Virus record (IMG/VR): IMGVR_UViG_3300012940_000316
Coordinates: 1 to 33,400 of that record
DNA from: a virus
Taxonomy: Duplodnaviria; Caudoviricetes
Direction: 5' to 3' (one strand)
DNA length: 33,400 nucleotides
The notes beneath the pieces are model-generated. The model searched no databases and was not told the origin of the DNA. It saw only the letters and a list, made by a program, of their open reading frames with translations. Positions 1 to 8,249 of this stretch are shown here, piece after piece. Position numbers and translations under genes: made by a program. How positions within the stretch are numbered: the stretch's first letter is position 1; each line of letters starts with the position of its first letter.

Positions 1-57
1 TATTTATCTTAGAGCTTCTTAATCGTCTACAAACTTTCTTGCAAAGGTGGTAAGACT

Positions 58-330
58 ATGGGACTGGTAAAGGTTGGTCAAAGAGTCAAGGTTAAATCGT
101 TGGGTATTAAAGGTACGGTTGAGTATATTGACCACCCCAACCTTTACCGGGACCATATGTACCCTATACAGATCATACTGGACAAGCCCTATTATGAACC
201 CATTACTCCTAATTCCTATATGTACCGAACTGACTTAGGGGATATAAACAAGTTAAAATCTACGACTCATTTGGGCTCTCCTTATAGAAGGGAAATAAAG
301 AGGTTTCTTAGGTGGCTTGACAAATTATGA
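58..330 (+). CDS. hypothetical phage protein (KOW/SH3-like N-terminus)
   Basis: ATG after an AAGGTGG RBS; N-terminal VKVGQRVKV...GIKGTVEYID pattern typical of small SH3-like barrels. Confidence 0.6.
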   Translation: MGLVKVGQRVKVKSLGIKGTVEYIDHPNLYRDHMYPIQIILDKPYYEPITPNSYMYRTDLGDINKLKSTTHLGSPYRREIKRFLRWLDKL

Positions 331-345
331 TATATCATTTATAAT
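317..345 (+). promoter_or_regulatory. consensus sigmaA promoter for the dCMP deaminase/DNA polymerase genes, with a palindromic box in the spacer
   Basis: TTGACA (317-322), 17 bp, TATAAT (340-345); ATGATATATCAT at 327-338. Confidence 0.85.
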
Positions 346-364
346 AGAAAGGTAGTGACATATC

Positions 365-781
365 ATGAGGATCACTAGGGATGAAATGTTTATGCGTATT
401 GCCCATGTAGTAGCCGAACGTGGTACTTGTCCAAGGGCTAGAGTAGGGGCAGTGATCATAAACCAGTCCAATAATATTGTGGCCATCGGATATAATGGAA
501 GACCCTCGGGTGAACCACATTGTGAGGATACAGGTTGCCACATGGAAGATGGTCATTGCACCGCCACACACTCCGAGGTTAATGCAATCAAACATATCTG
601 GGTATTAGGAACAGGGCCTTACACCCTATATGTAACCCATGTACCCTGTGGTAAATGTAGGGAGGCCATTCTAGGTGTAGGAACTATTGAAAGGGTTGTT
701 TATAAAATTCCCTACCGGTATGAAGGGCCAGAGAGTTTCACAGAAGGTGGTGTAATTTTTGAAAGATATCAGGGATCCTAA
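365..781 (+). CDS. dCMP deaminase (ComEB/cytidine-deaminase superfamily)
   Basis: TCPRARVGAVI, GYNG, catalytic HSE (HxE) and PCGKC (PCxxC) Zn motifs. Confidence 0.9.
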   Translation: MRITRDEMFMRIAHVVAERGTCPRARVGAVIINQSNNIVAIGYNGRPSGEPHCEDTGCHMEDGHCTATHSEVNAIKHIWVLGTGPYTLYVTHVPCGKCREAILGVGTIERVVYKIPYRYEGPESFTEGGVIFERYQGS

Positions 782-3359
782 ATGTAATAGATGTGATCTA
801 GCCACTACATGTAAAACCATATGTCTGATGGGCCATGGACCAACTAATGCAGAGGTTATGATTGTAGGTGAAGCACCAGGTGCTAATGAGGATGAGGGAG
901 GTTTACCATTCCAGGGTAGGGCCGGTCAGCTACTAAATCGGATACTCTTGGAAAAAGGTATTAGTCGGGATAAAGTATACGTAACCAATGCTGTTAAGTG
1001 TCGTCCTCCGGAGAATGCTACCCCCAACAAAACGCAGATCAAGGCCTGCAATGATTACTTAGTTAAAGAGATTGAAGCTGTTAAGCCCAAGGTTATCGTT
1101 ACTTTGGGTAATACGCCATTACAGGCGGTACTTAAAAAGTCCGGTATCATGAAGCATAGGGGCGAAGCTATTGAGGCTACGTTTGGCAATCATTCATATA
1201 TAGTCATGCCAACTATACATCCTGCGGCCGTTTTACGTAATCCTAAGAATGAGCCTCTGATTAAAGCCGACATTGACACCCTAAAAGGGTTACTAGATGG
1301 AAAGGGCAAGCAACAGAATGATGAGCAAAACAGCTTTAAGGTTAAGTTTGTAATGAATAAAGCACAACTAAAAAAGTGCATAGCCTCTTTAGAAAGATCA
1401 TACCGTAGTGGTGGATATATAGCCTATGACCTAGAGACGGAGGGAAGTAGCCCATTTACCCTTAATGCTTATGGTAAGCCACGACGCATATGGATGATAG
1501 CTATCGCCGATAGGGATGACAGATCTTGGCTTATACCTCTTGAGCATCCTGAAAGCCCTTGGAAAGACAAAGCGACTAAAGTTCTAAGATATATAAAGAA
1601 ATACCTCGAAACTCCTTGGTACTGGAAGATCGCACAGAATGGTAAATTTGACAACAAGTGGCTAAGGTCAAAGGGTCTTAAGCCCTACCTCAATTTTGAC
1701 ACCATGTTAGCCCAGCATTTAATTGATGAGAATTCCCCAAAGGGCCTAGACTTCTTGGCCACAGTCTACTTCAAGGCCACTAACTGGGGTAAAGGAAAGA
1801 TGACGTTTGAGGACAGATTTGGAAAGAATGGTAGACAGCTAGACCAAGTAACTAACCTCAAGACAATGGGTAAATATTGTGGCATTGATACTATCTATAC
1901 CCGTAAACTATACCCTCCGCTAAGAGAGCGTCTTTTGGATGATGAGAAGACCGCAAGGATATTTAAGTTTATCACCATGCCATCCTCACGATTGATGGAG
2001 TCTGTGGAGAATACAGGACTGTGGACAGACCGAAAAAAGCTAGGCCAGAGATATCAAGAGGCCTGCCATTATCTTAATGAAACGATCAATAATCTGGAGT
2101 CTTATGTACCTGACAACTTCTGGGAATTACAGGGCAGGAAAAAGCCCAAGAGTGTTAAAACTAAAATCAATTGGAATAGCCCCGACCAGCTGGGTTGGTT
2201 TTTCTTTTCACCTAAGAAGAAGGGAGGATTAGGGCTAAGAATAGTTGAGAAGACCAAGGGTGGGAAAGCCTCAACGGCTGAACATACCATGATTGAGTTA
2301 GAAGGGGTTCATCCTGCCTGTGACCTGTTACTTGAGTATCGTAGGTGGGCCAAGTATCTAAACACTTACATTGAGCCATGGTTGGAAAAGTCCGATAATA
2401 TTGACTGGCGTATGCACCCTAATTTCAAGATATATGGTACGGTCACAGGGCGTATTTCATCTGAGGATCCCAATCCACAACAGACCCCAAGGGATAAATT
2501 TCTTCGGGCCAACATAGGGGCTCCACCCGGTTGGGTATTCATTGAAGGTGACTATTCACAGATAGAGCTTCGGGTTGTTGCCTTCTTGTCAGGAGAGCCA
2601 CGAATGGTTAGGGCATACAGTCTAGGGGAGGACATTCACCGCATCACTGCATCCGATGTTATGGGTGTACCACAGTCTATGGTTGACAAAGAACAAAGGA
2701 AGAAGGCAAAGGCGGTGAACTTTGGATTTGTTTATGGTATGTCGTGGAGGAAGTTTAAGCGTTATGCAAAAGACAACTATGGAATTGAGCTTACTGAGGA
2801 TGAAGCCAAGCGCTACCGAGATAATTACTTCAAACTCTATAAAGGACTTCACCCATGGCACGAACGCCAACGTCGTATCGCTAAAAAGACCAAGCAGGTC
2901 CGAGCCCCACATGGACGGGTTAGACACCTTCCAGATGTGGACTCTGAAGATGAAGCAATACAAGCGGAGGCCTTAAGGCAGGCAATTAACTCACCAGTTC
3001 AAGGCTTTGCATCTGGCGACTTAACACTATTAGCCGCAGTTATCTTTGATAGGATAGTTCAACGATATCTTGACCCAGAGGCTATTAAAGTTGTATTGTT
3101 AGTACATGACGCTATTATGTTAGAGGTAAGGGAGGATTGGGTTGATAGGGTTATACCCATCTTCAAGGGTGTTATGGAAAACACCCCACTTAGGGAGTAT
3201 TTTAACCTTGACTTCACCATCCCTATTATAGCGGATGTTCAAAAGGGGCAATACTGGGGAGAACTGGAAGAGTTGGATAGAGTGGACTACAGCCTATCTA
3301 AAATTAAGAGGATGGTAAAGGAGGTGATATGGTATGGAGAAGAGGAACAACCGTCCTAA
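759..3359 (+). CDS. polA: family A DNA polymerase with N-terminal family-4 uracil-DNA glycosylase domain and 3'-5' exonuclease (SPO1-type architecture)
   Basis: UDG: CNRC, GEAPG, PFQG, TNAVKCRPPEN, HPAA. Exo I/II/III: YDLET, NGKFD, YCGID. Pol: TGRISS, motif A DYSQIELR, motif B RKKAKAVNFGFVYG, motif C VHDA. TTG start overlapping the deaminase. Confidence 0.95.
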   Translation: MKDIRDPKCNRCDLATTCKTICLMGHGPTNAEVMIVGEAPGANEDEGGLPFQGRAGQLLNRILLEKGISRDKVYVTNAVKCRPPENATPNKTQIKACNDYLVKEIEAVKPKVIVTLGNTPLQAVLKKSGIMKHRGEAIEATFGNHSYIVMPTIHPAAVLRNPKNEPLIKADIDTLKGLLDGKGKQQNDEQNSFKVKFVMNKAQLKKCIASLERSYRSGGYIAYDLETEGSSPFTLNAYGKPRRIWMIAIADRDDRSWLIPLEHPESPWKDKATKVLRYIKKYLETPWYWKIAQNGKFDNKWLRSKGLKPYLNFDTMLAQHLIDENSPKGLDFLATVYFKATNWGKGKMTFEDRFGKNGRQLDQVTNLKTMGKYCGIDTIYTRKLYPPLRERLLDDEKTARIFKFITMPSSRLMESVENTGLWTDRKKLGQRYQEACHYLNETINNLESYVPDNFWELQGRKKPKSVKTKINWNSPDQLGWFFFSPKKKGGLGLRIVEKTKGGKASTAEHTMIELEGVHPACDLLLEYRRWAKYLNTYIEPWLEKSDNIDWRMHPNFKIYGTVTGRISSEDPNPQQTPRDKFLRANIGAPPGWVFIEGDYSQIELRVVAFLSGEPRMVRAYSLGEDIHRITASDVMGVPQSMVDKEQRKKAKAVNFGFVYGMSWRKFKRYAKDNYGIELTEDEAKRYRDNYFKLYKGLHPWHERQRRIAKKTKQVRAPHGRVRHLPDVDSEDEAIQAEALRQAINSPVQGFASGDLTLLAAVIFDRIVQRYLDPEAIKVVLLVHDAIMLEVREDWVDRVIPIFKGVMENTPLREYFNLDFTIPIIADVQKGQYWGELEELDRVDYSLSKIKRMVKEVIWYGEEEQPS

Positions 3360-3633
3360 TTCTGTGATGAGGGGGTATAAGCCTGAAGTTGTGCGTTTTT
3401 GTTGGGTCGCGGAGACCTATGATAACAGCCATCACTCAGGTTTTACATGGGGTGGTATACCTAATCTAGTGAAGAGGGTCGGCAAAAAGATTAGGGTATT
3501 AAAGATTGTGGACCTCAGGTTTAATAAAGTCTATGAGGTAATGGACATCGAAGGGTTTATGTCAGAATGGGCTGAGAACTATGCAAACCCAGACTGGGCT
3601 ATTGTTAAATGTCGATGGGTTCAAAAACTTTAA
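3334..3633 (+). CDS. hypothetical phage protein
   Basis: AAGGAGGTG RBS before the ATG; overlaps the end of the polymerase gene. Confidence 0.6.
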   Translation: MEKRNNRPNSVMRGYKPEVVRFCWVAETYDNSHHSGFTWGGIPNLVKRVGKKIRVLKIVDLRFNKVYEVMDIEGFMSEWAENYANPDWAIVKCRWVQKL

Positions 3634-3672
3634 TGATTTATCATTGACAGGGTTCAAAAAGTATGATATGAT
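3630..3672 (+). promoter_or_regulatory. sigmaA promoter for the recombination operon with palindromic box abutting -35
   Basis: TTAATGATTTATCATT (3630-3645); TTGACA (3644-3649), 17 bp, TG-n-TATGAT (3667-3672); GGGTTCAAAAA direct repeat at 3617-3627 and 3650-3660. Confidence 0.8.
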
Positions 3673-3707
3673 TTATATGTAATCAATTGAAAGGAGGTGA
3701 ATAAACT

Positions 3708-4754
3708 ATGACAGAAGAGTTGATTGAGGTGTCGTTCTCAGAGTTAAAGAGCTGGCGGAGATGTCAGACCATGCACAACTTTAAGTATGTGAAGAAGCTC
3801 CAAAAGAAAAGCAAATCACTTCCTTTATATAAAGGTAGTGTGACGCACAGTTGCTTGGAGTATCACTACAGAGGCCTTGACTGGAAGGACGCATGGAAGA
3901 TATTCCGCAAGGAGTTCAGTAAGCTCCTCTCCGAAGAACGGGCTGCCTATGGTGACTTACCATCTGAGGTTTCACGAATGATGAAAGGTTATGTGGCCCA
4001 CTATAAAAATGATGAATGGGAAGTAGTTACGGATGAAGAGGGGAAACCAATTGTCGAACGTGAGTTTAAGATTAGGATACCCAATACCCGGATTGTTATT
4101 AAAGGGATTATTGACCTTGTGGTTAAAGACAGGTATGGCATATGGGTTGTGGATCATAAGACCTTAAAGAAAGACCCACCAAGTAATGAAGCCCGTATGT
4201 CTGATGTGCAAACTACTTTGTACTTCTGGGTTGTACTTACACTCTGCAAGGAGTGGGGCATTGAAGCTAAGAAACTTAGGGGTGCTATATTTAACTACAT
4301 CCGTACAGAACCCCCTAAGGAACCAGAACTTCTAAAGAATGGAACAATGTCTAAGCGTCAAATAGACACCTGTTGGATGTTTTATAAGTCATCCTTAGTA
4401 AAAGCTGGACTGGACCCTAAAGACTATTCCGATATGAAAAAGAAGCTAGAGGGCAGCGAAGCCAGGTTTTACCACAGGCATAGGATGGACAAGCCTAAGA
4501 CACTGATGAAGATGCTATTACAAGAGGCTGTGTTCACCGCCTATCAGATTGAGGCTTTCAGTGGTATGGTAGCCCGGACGCTGGATAAGTCCTGTGAATG
4601 GGGCTGCGACTATAAAGACCTTTGTTATGCGGAACTCCAAGGCTTTGATACGGATGGATTAATTAAAACCATGTACGAAAGGAGGACTGAAGATGGCCTT
4701 GAACAAAGAAAGAAAAAAGAAGCGAAGGGGCTCATCGAAAGAGACGAAATTTGA
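3708..4754 (+). CDS. PD-(D/E)XK Cas4/RecB-like exonuclease, probable Fe-S cluster
   Basis: SFSELKSWRRC, GSVTH, E...KGIIDLV...VVDHKT, QTTLY, C-terminal CEWGCDYKDLC (1+3 Cys arrangement). Confidence 0.85.
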   Translation: MTEELIEVSFSELKSWRRCQTMHNFKYVKKLQKKSKSLPLYKGSVTHSCLEYHYRGLDWKDAWKIFRKEFSKLLSEERAAYGDLPSEVSRMMKGYVAHYKNDEWEVVTDEEGKPIVEREFKIRIPNTRIVIKGIIDLVVKDRYGIWVVDHKTLKKDPPSNEARMSDVQTTLYFWVVLTLCKEWGIEAKKLRGAIFNYIRTEPPKEPELLKNGTMSKRQIDTCWMFYKSSLVKAGLDPKDYSDMKKKLEGSEARFYHRHRMDKPKTLMKMLLQEAVFTAYQIEAFSGMVARTLDKSCEWGCDYKDLCYAELQGFDTDGLIKTMYERRTEDGLEQRKKKEAKGLIERDEI

Positions 4755-5514
4755 TATCGCCGCTGAACTTATCGACTTTGATGAGGAAGAGATGTATCTC
4801 TCTATTGTAGGGTATGGTAAGCAAGGTAGGGGGAAAACAACTTTTGCAGGGACATTGCCTAACCCATGTATTTTAGACTTCAATGAACATGGGACACTCT
4901 CCCTTAGGGGGAAAGGCATCCGCGGCTGGAGGATCACAGAATGGGAGAAGGTTGAGCAAGTCTTTTGGTACCTCCAAAGTGGTGAGCATGAATTTGAGTC
5001 CGTAGTTTGGGATACTACAACTCAAGCGGCTGATGTATGCCTAGAATATGTACTGGGGGTCCAATCCCAATATGACTCCTCAGCAGGGGTCCTTATTACA
5101 CAGAAGGATTGGGGCAACATGTCCAAGCATATGAAATACTGGATTACCCAATTCAGAAACCTCCAGATGCATAAGGCATTTTTACTTCAAGAGAAATCAC
5201 TAGATGAAGACTCATTGGAAGAGGGTCAAGCCTCTGTGGTTCCCGCTGTATCTCCCTCAGTTAGAGAAACAGTCTGTGCCGCAGTTGATATAATTGCGAG
5301 GTTTGAGTTGGTTGAGAAAAAGGTCAGGGTTGGCAAGGGAGATAAACAGAAAACGGAACGGGTTCCCACATACCGGATGCGTATTGGGCCGAGTGAGAGG
5401 TATCTCACCAAGTTCCGCACTCCATCGGGTATTGTTCTTCCGAAGGAGAATTACTTCGTTGAGAACCCGACATTCGACAGAGTGTTGGATCTCTATAAAT
5501 CACTAAACACATAA
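4693..5514 (+). CDS. Sak4-like AAA_24 ATPase (ssDNA annealing recombinase)
   Basis: Walker A YGKQGRGKTT, LDFNEHG, Walker B VVWDT, QKDWG; lies between exonuclease and SSB genes. Confidence 0.8.
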   Translation: MALNKERKKKRRGSSKETKFDIAAELIDFDEEEMYLSIVGYGKQGRGKTTFAGTLPNPCILDFNEHGTLSLRGKGIRGWRITEWEKVEQVFWYLQSGEHEFESVVWDTTTQAADVCLEYVLGVQSQYDSSAGVLITQKDWGNMSKHMKYWITQFRNLQMHKAFLLQEKSLDEDSLEEGQASVVPAVSPSVRETVCAAVDIIARFELVEKKVRVGKGDKQKTERVPTYRMRIGPSERYLTKFRTPSGIVLPKENYFVENPTFDRVLDLYKSLNT

Positions 5515-5533
5515 TTTAAGGAGGAGTTTTACA

Positions 5534-6298
5534 ATGGCGAAAGAAAAGACAAAAGGTATTTCAGTTGATTTCAGCAACACTGATGAGAATGGTTCCCGTT
5601 TACCCGCAGGGGATTATGTTGTTAGGGTCGAGAAAGTAGAAGTCCGGGATGGCAGCTCTGGGTTTAAATACCTAGCATGGACACTGGCCGTTATCTCCGG
5701 AGAATACAAAGGGAAGAAGATTTATCACAATACCTCGTTGAAACCGGAAGCCCTGTTCAACCTCCGGAACTTACTTATGTCAATCGGTATCTCTGTACCT
5801 AAAGGCAAGCTGACCCTGAACCTCAAAGAGTACGTCGGTAAGGTTCTCGGGGTTTACGTCGAAGATGGCGAGTACACCTCGGATGGCAAGAAGAAAAAGA
5901 AGACTGAGGTTATTGAGATGTATCCGGTAGAGAAGCAAGGCAAGAAGTGGGTCAAGGCTATCGACGATGAAGACGAGGACGATGATGATGAGGACGAGGA
6001 CGATGATGATGACGATGAGGATGAAGACGATGATGATGACGATGAGGATGAAGACGAGGACGATGACGATGAGGATGAAGACGATGATGATGATGAGGAC
6101 CTCGAGGAAGAGTTAGACGACCTCCTCGACGATGACGATGATGAGGACGATGATGAGGACGAGGATGAAGGTGAGGAGGACGAGGAAGAGGAAGAGCCCG
6201 CTCCGAAGAAGTCCAAGTCCAAGGGCAAGGCTAAGGAAGAGCCCAAGGCGAAGGCAAAAGGCAAGGACGCCAAGGGTAAGAAGAAAGTTAAGTTGTAA
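5534..6298 (+). CDS. DUF669-like single-stranded DNA-binding protein with long acidic tract and Lys-rich tail
   Basis: LPAGDYVVRVEKVE...YLAWTLAV..GEYKGKKIY OB-fold pattern; ~75-80 residue D/E tract, then a K-rich C-terminus; AAGGAGG RBS. Confidence 0.75.
   Translation: MAKEKTKGISVDFSNTDENGSRLPAGDYVVRVEKVEVRDGSSGFKYLAWTLAVISGEYKGKKIYHNTSLKPEALFNLRNLLMSIGISVPKGKLTLNLKEYVGKVLGVYVEDGEYTSDGKKKKKTEVIEMYPVEKQGKKWVKAIDDEDEDDDDEDEDDDDDDEDEDDDDDDEDEDEDDDDEDEDDDDDEDLEEELDDLLDDDDDEDDDEDEDEGEEDEEEEEPAPKKSKSKGKAKEEPKAKAKGKDAKGKKKVKL
5963..6195 (+). repeat. low-complexity GAY/GAR trinucleotide repeat encoding the Asp/Glu tract
   Basis: reiterated gacgatgatgatgaggacgag-type units. Confidence 0.85.
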
Positions 6299-6591
6299 TG
6301 GCGAAACAACCCGAGAGCCGGTTAGTTGGGAAGATACTTAATTTCCTCAATGCTAACTACCCAGGGTGGTGGAGAAAAATTCATGGGGGTCCCTTTCAGT
6401 CGAGGGGGATCCCTGACATCATAGGCTGTCACAGGGGTAGGTTTATATCTATTGAAGTAAAAGAGCCGGGCAATACAGCTAGTGGCCTACAAAAGAAGAA
6501 TGGCAATGAGATCCGCAAGGCGAAGGGCTTATGGCTAGTTGCCTACTCTGTGGAAGATGTAAAAAATATGATGGAGGCGAAGTTCAAATGA
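6298..6591 (+). CDS. VRR-NUC domain nuclease (Holliday junction resolvase)
   Basis: E...GIPDIIG...FISIEVK..G..S..Q motif. Confidence 0.88.
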   Translation: MAKQPESRLVGKILNFLNANYPGWWRKIHGGPFQSRGIPDIIGCHRGRFISIEVKEPGNTASGLQKKNGNEIRKAKGLWLVAYSVEDVKNMMEAKFK

Positions 6592-6899
6592 ACGAATTAA
6601 GACAATCCTTTAACTTTAGTAAGGCCCTGATATTTGCCTGTGAAGGTAAGAAGATAGCCCGACTGGGCTGGAATGGTAAAGGTCAGTGGGTAGTGGTAAT
6701 GCCACCTTTATATTTACCCCCTCACTCGTCTCAAGAGCCTGGCGCTAAAGTCAATGACCGAACGGCAAAACATATAGGGGTAGATACCCCACTGGATTCA
6801 CAGCCATACTTTGCATTATTCAATGCTCAGGGTAAATGGCAACCGGGATGGCTTCCATCCCAGGGAGATTTGTTTGCCTCTGACTGGATAGTAGTTTAG
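6588..6899 (+). CDS. tad2: DUF2829 / Thoeris anti-defence 2 (Tad2)-like signal sponge protein
   Basis: FNFSKAL...GKKIARLGWNGKGQW and GWLPSQGDLFASDW motifs; start moved to ATG 6588 (ATGA overlap with the resolvase stop, GGAGG upstream). Confidence 0.8.
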   Translation: MNELRQSFNFSKALIFACEGKKIARLGWNGKGQWVVVMPPLYLPPHSSQEPGAKVNDRTAKHIGVDTPLDSQPYFALFNAQGKWQPGWLPSQGDLFASDWIVV

Positions 6900-6912
6900 G
6901 AGGTAAGATAGC

Positions 6913-7269
6913 ATGATGATGAGTTCCCTTGTTAGTCCATTGAAAGCATATGTGACCCGACTGGAAAGAACATACTTTGACCCTGCGCTTGCTTCATATG
7001 ATGTAGTGCATAGACTGAATGATACCATCGCGAAAGTCTATGACAAGGCAAAGAAGCAACCCTGCGACCTGTCTGAAATCTATCTAATAGAAGAAGAAGT
7101 TACCAAGCAAGTCGATAGGTTCTGGGCATGGACAAAGCGTAGAATAATAGGTGTCTTAGAGGCCTGTGAGATATTTGGTCGTAGTCGGTCCACAATATAT
7201 AGATGGATAAAACAAGGGAAGCTCGCACATGCTATTAAGGTAAGGGGAAGATGGCGTATCGCCTTATAG
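6913..7269 (+). CDS. HTH_17/excisionase-like (MerR-type) DNA-binding protein
   Basis: C-terminal VLEACEIFGRSRSTIYRWIKQGKL..AIKVRGRWRI. Confidence 0.75.
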   Translation: MMMSSLVSPLKAYVTRLERTYFDPALASYDVVHRLNDTIAKVYDKAKKQPCDLSEIYLIEEEVTKQVDRFWAWTKRRIIGVLEACEIFGRSRSTIYRWIKQGKLAHAIKVRGRWRIAL

Positions 7270-7313
7270 GATAACAGGTTTCAGTCTTTTCAAAAATAAT
7301 TTTGAAATATCTC

Positions 7314-7343
7314 TTGACAACGTATCCAGCATTATCCTATAAT
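7314..7343 (+). promoter_or_regulatory. sigmaA promoter for the acidic/basic wHTH gene
   Basis: TTGACA (7314-7319), 18 bp, TATAAT (7338-7343), AT-rich upstream. Confidence 0.75.
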
Positions 7344-7388
7344 AGACCACAGGCAAGGAAATTAAAAACTCTAGGGAGGAATTGTATC

Positions 7389-7946
7389 ATGGCGAAAAGT
7401 AAGGGCAAGATCAAGGAAGAGAACACTAAGGCGAAGAAGGCAGCTCAGGAGGTAGATGAAGAGGTCGGTGAAGATGAAGACCTCGAGGATGATGATCTTG
7501 ATATCGATGATGTAGATCTCGATGAAGATGATGAGGATGAAGAAGAGGAAGAAGAAGAAGAGGAAGAAGCCCCGGCCAAGACCAAGAAGGGGAAGGTAGA
7601 CAAGAATAAGGATACCAAAAAACCCGGCAAGAAGATTGATGAACCAAAGAAGGAGAAGAAGTCCAAAAAGGGTGAAACCCCTAAGCATATGCAGGTCCCG
7701 GATAATATGGTTACTGTGAATGACTTGGCGGAGGAATATGGTGTAACGGGCAAAGCTATTCGCACCGTTCTTCGAGACAATGACTTCGAGAAGCCGGAGG
7801 GCATGGGCCGTTGGGCATGGAAGAAGTCAGACCCTCAGTTGAAAGAACTGCGTAAGATGCTTTCCGGTGGGAAGAAGGCGAAGAAGGAGGAGTCTGCTCC
7901 TGTGGAAGAAGCAGCTCCGAAGGGAAAGAAGAAGTCCAAGAAGTAA
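7389..7946 (+). CDS. highly charged protein: acidic tract, Lys-rich linkers and a small winged-HTH-like domain
   Basis: start reassigned to ATG 7389 (GGGAGG RBS, downstream of the promoter); VTVNDLAEEYGVTGKAIRTVLR...GRWAW. Confidence 0.7.
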   Translation: MAKSKGKIKEENTKAKKAAQEVDEEVGEDEDLEDDDLDIDDVDLDEDDEDEEEEEEEEEEAPAKTKKGKVDKNKDTKKPGKKIDEPKKEKKSKKGETPKHMQVPDNMVTVNDLAEEYGVTGKAIRTVLRDNDFEKPEGMGRWAWKKSDPQLKELRKMLSGGKKAKKEESAPVEEAAPKGKKKSKK

Positions 7947-7971
7947 GAGGTCATTTCTCTCGGTGTCAGAT

Positions 7972-8010
7972 GGGTCCTCCTGGGGAGAGCAGGGGGCCCC
8001 TTTTATTTTT
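7972..8010 (+). terminator. rho-independent terminator between the convergent replication and late operons
   Basis: GGGTCCTCCTG/CAGGGGGCCC stem followed by TTTTATTTTT. Confidence 0.75.
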
Positions 8011-8242
8011 ATGGTCGTTTCTTGGTGTAGTTATAAGCCCCACTAGCAGTCAGCCCAATCACAGAGATAAGGATTAAGTTGCCTTGGATAACCTCCGGCA
8101 CAAGTACAAAAACGGTTGCAACCGCTAAAGCTAAAGCATGAGTATGTTTCTCCGGTAATTTATAGCCCTTAGCGACCCCTACAAAAGCGGCAACTAAGGC
8201 GGCCATCGAGAGGATATCAGTTGTGAACTGATTGATATCCAT
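8009..8242 (-). CDS. holin
   Basis: small protein with 2-3 hydrophobic segments ending IGLTASGAYNYTKK; follows the endolysin; start at 8242 by AAGGGAGGTG RBS. Confidence 0.75.
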   Translation of the reverse strand: MDINQFTTDILSMAALVAAFVGVAKGYKLPEKHTHALALAVATVFVLVPEVIQGNLILISVIGLTASGAYNYTKKRP

Positions 8243-8249
8243 GTGTCCA

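Noticed and set aside
3097-3120. Polymerase motif C HDA instead of HDE as a sign of inactivity
   Set aside because: The catalytic Asp is retained and this position varies among phage family A polymerases
3708-4754. Cas4 as part of a CRISPR-Cas locus
   Set aside because: Context is Sak4/SSB/resolvase; no cas1/cas2 or array, so it is a phage recombination exonuclease
5854-6309. Poly-Ser ORF on the minus strand (also 7371-7688, 7426-7647, 7445-7804)
   Set aside because: Antisense shadows of the GAY/GAR and AAG repeats in the real + strand genes
6913-7269. Excisionase implying a temperate lifestyle
   Set aside because: No integrase, att site or CI/Cro pair in the window; HTH_17 domains are common in lytic phages. 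The rest of the genome is unseen
7302-7388. N-terminal extensions in the ORF track (also 6531, 9053, 18304, 31347)
   Set aside because: They overlap promoters or neighbouring genes; downstream starts have clear RBSs
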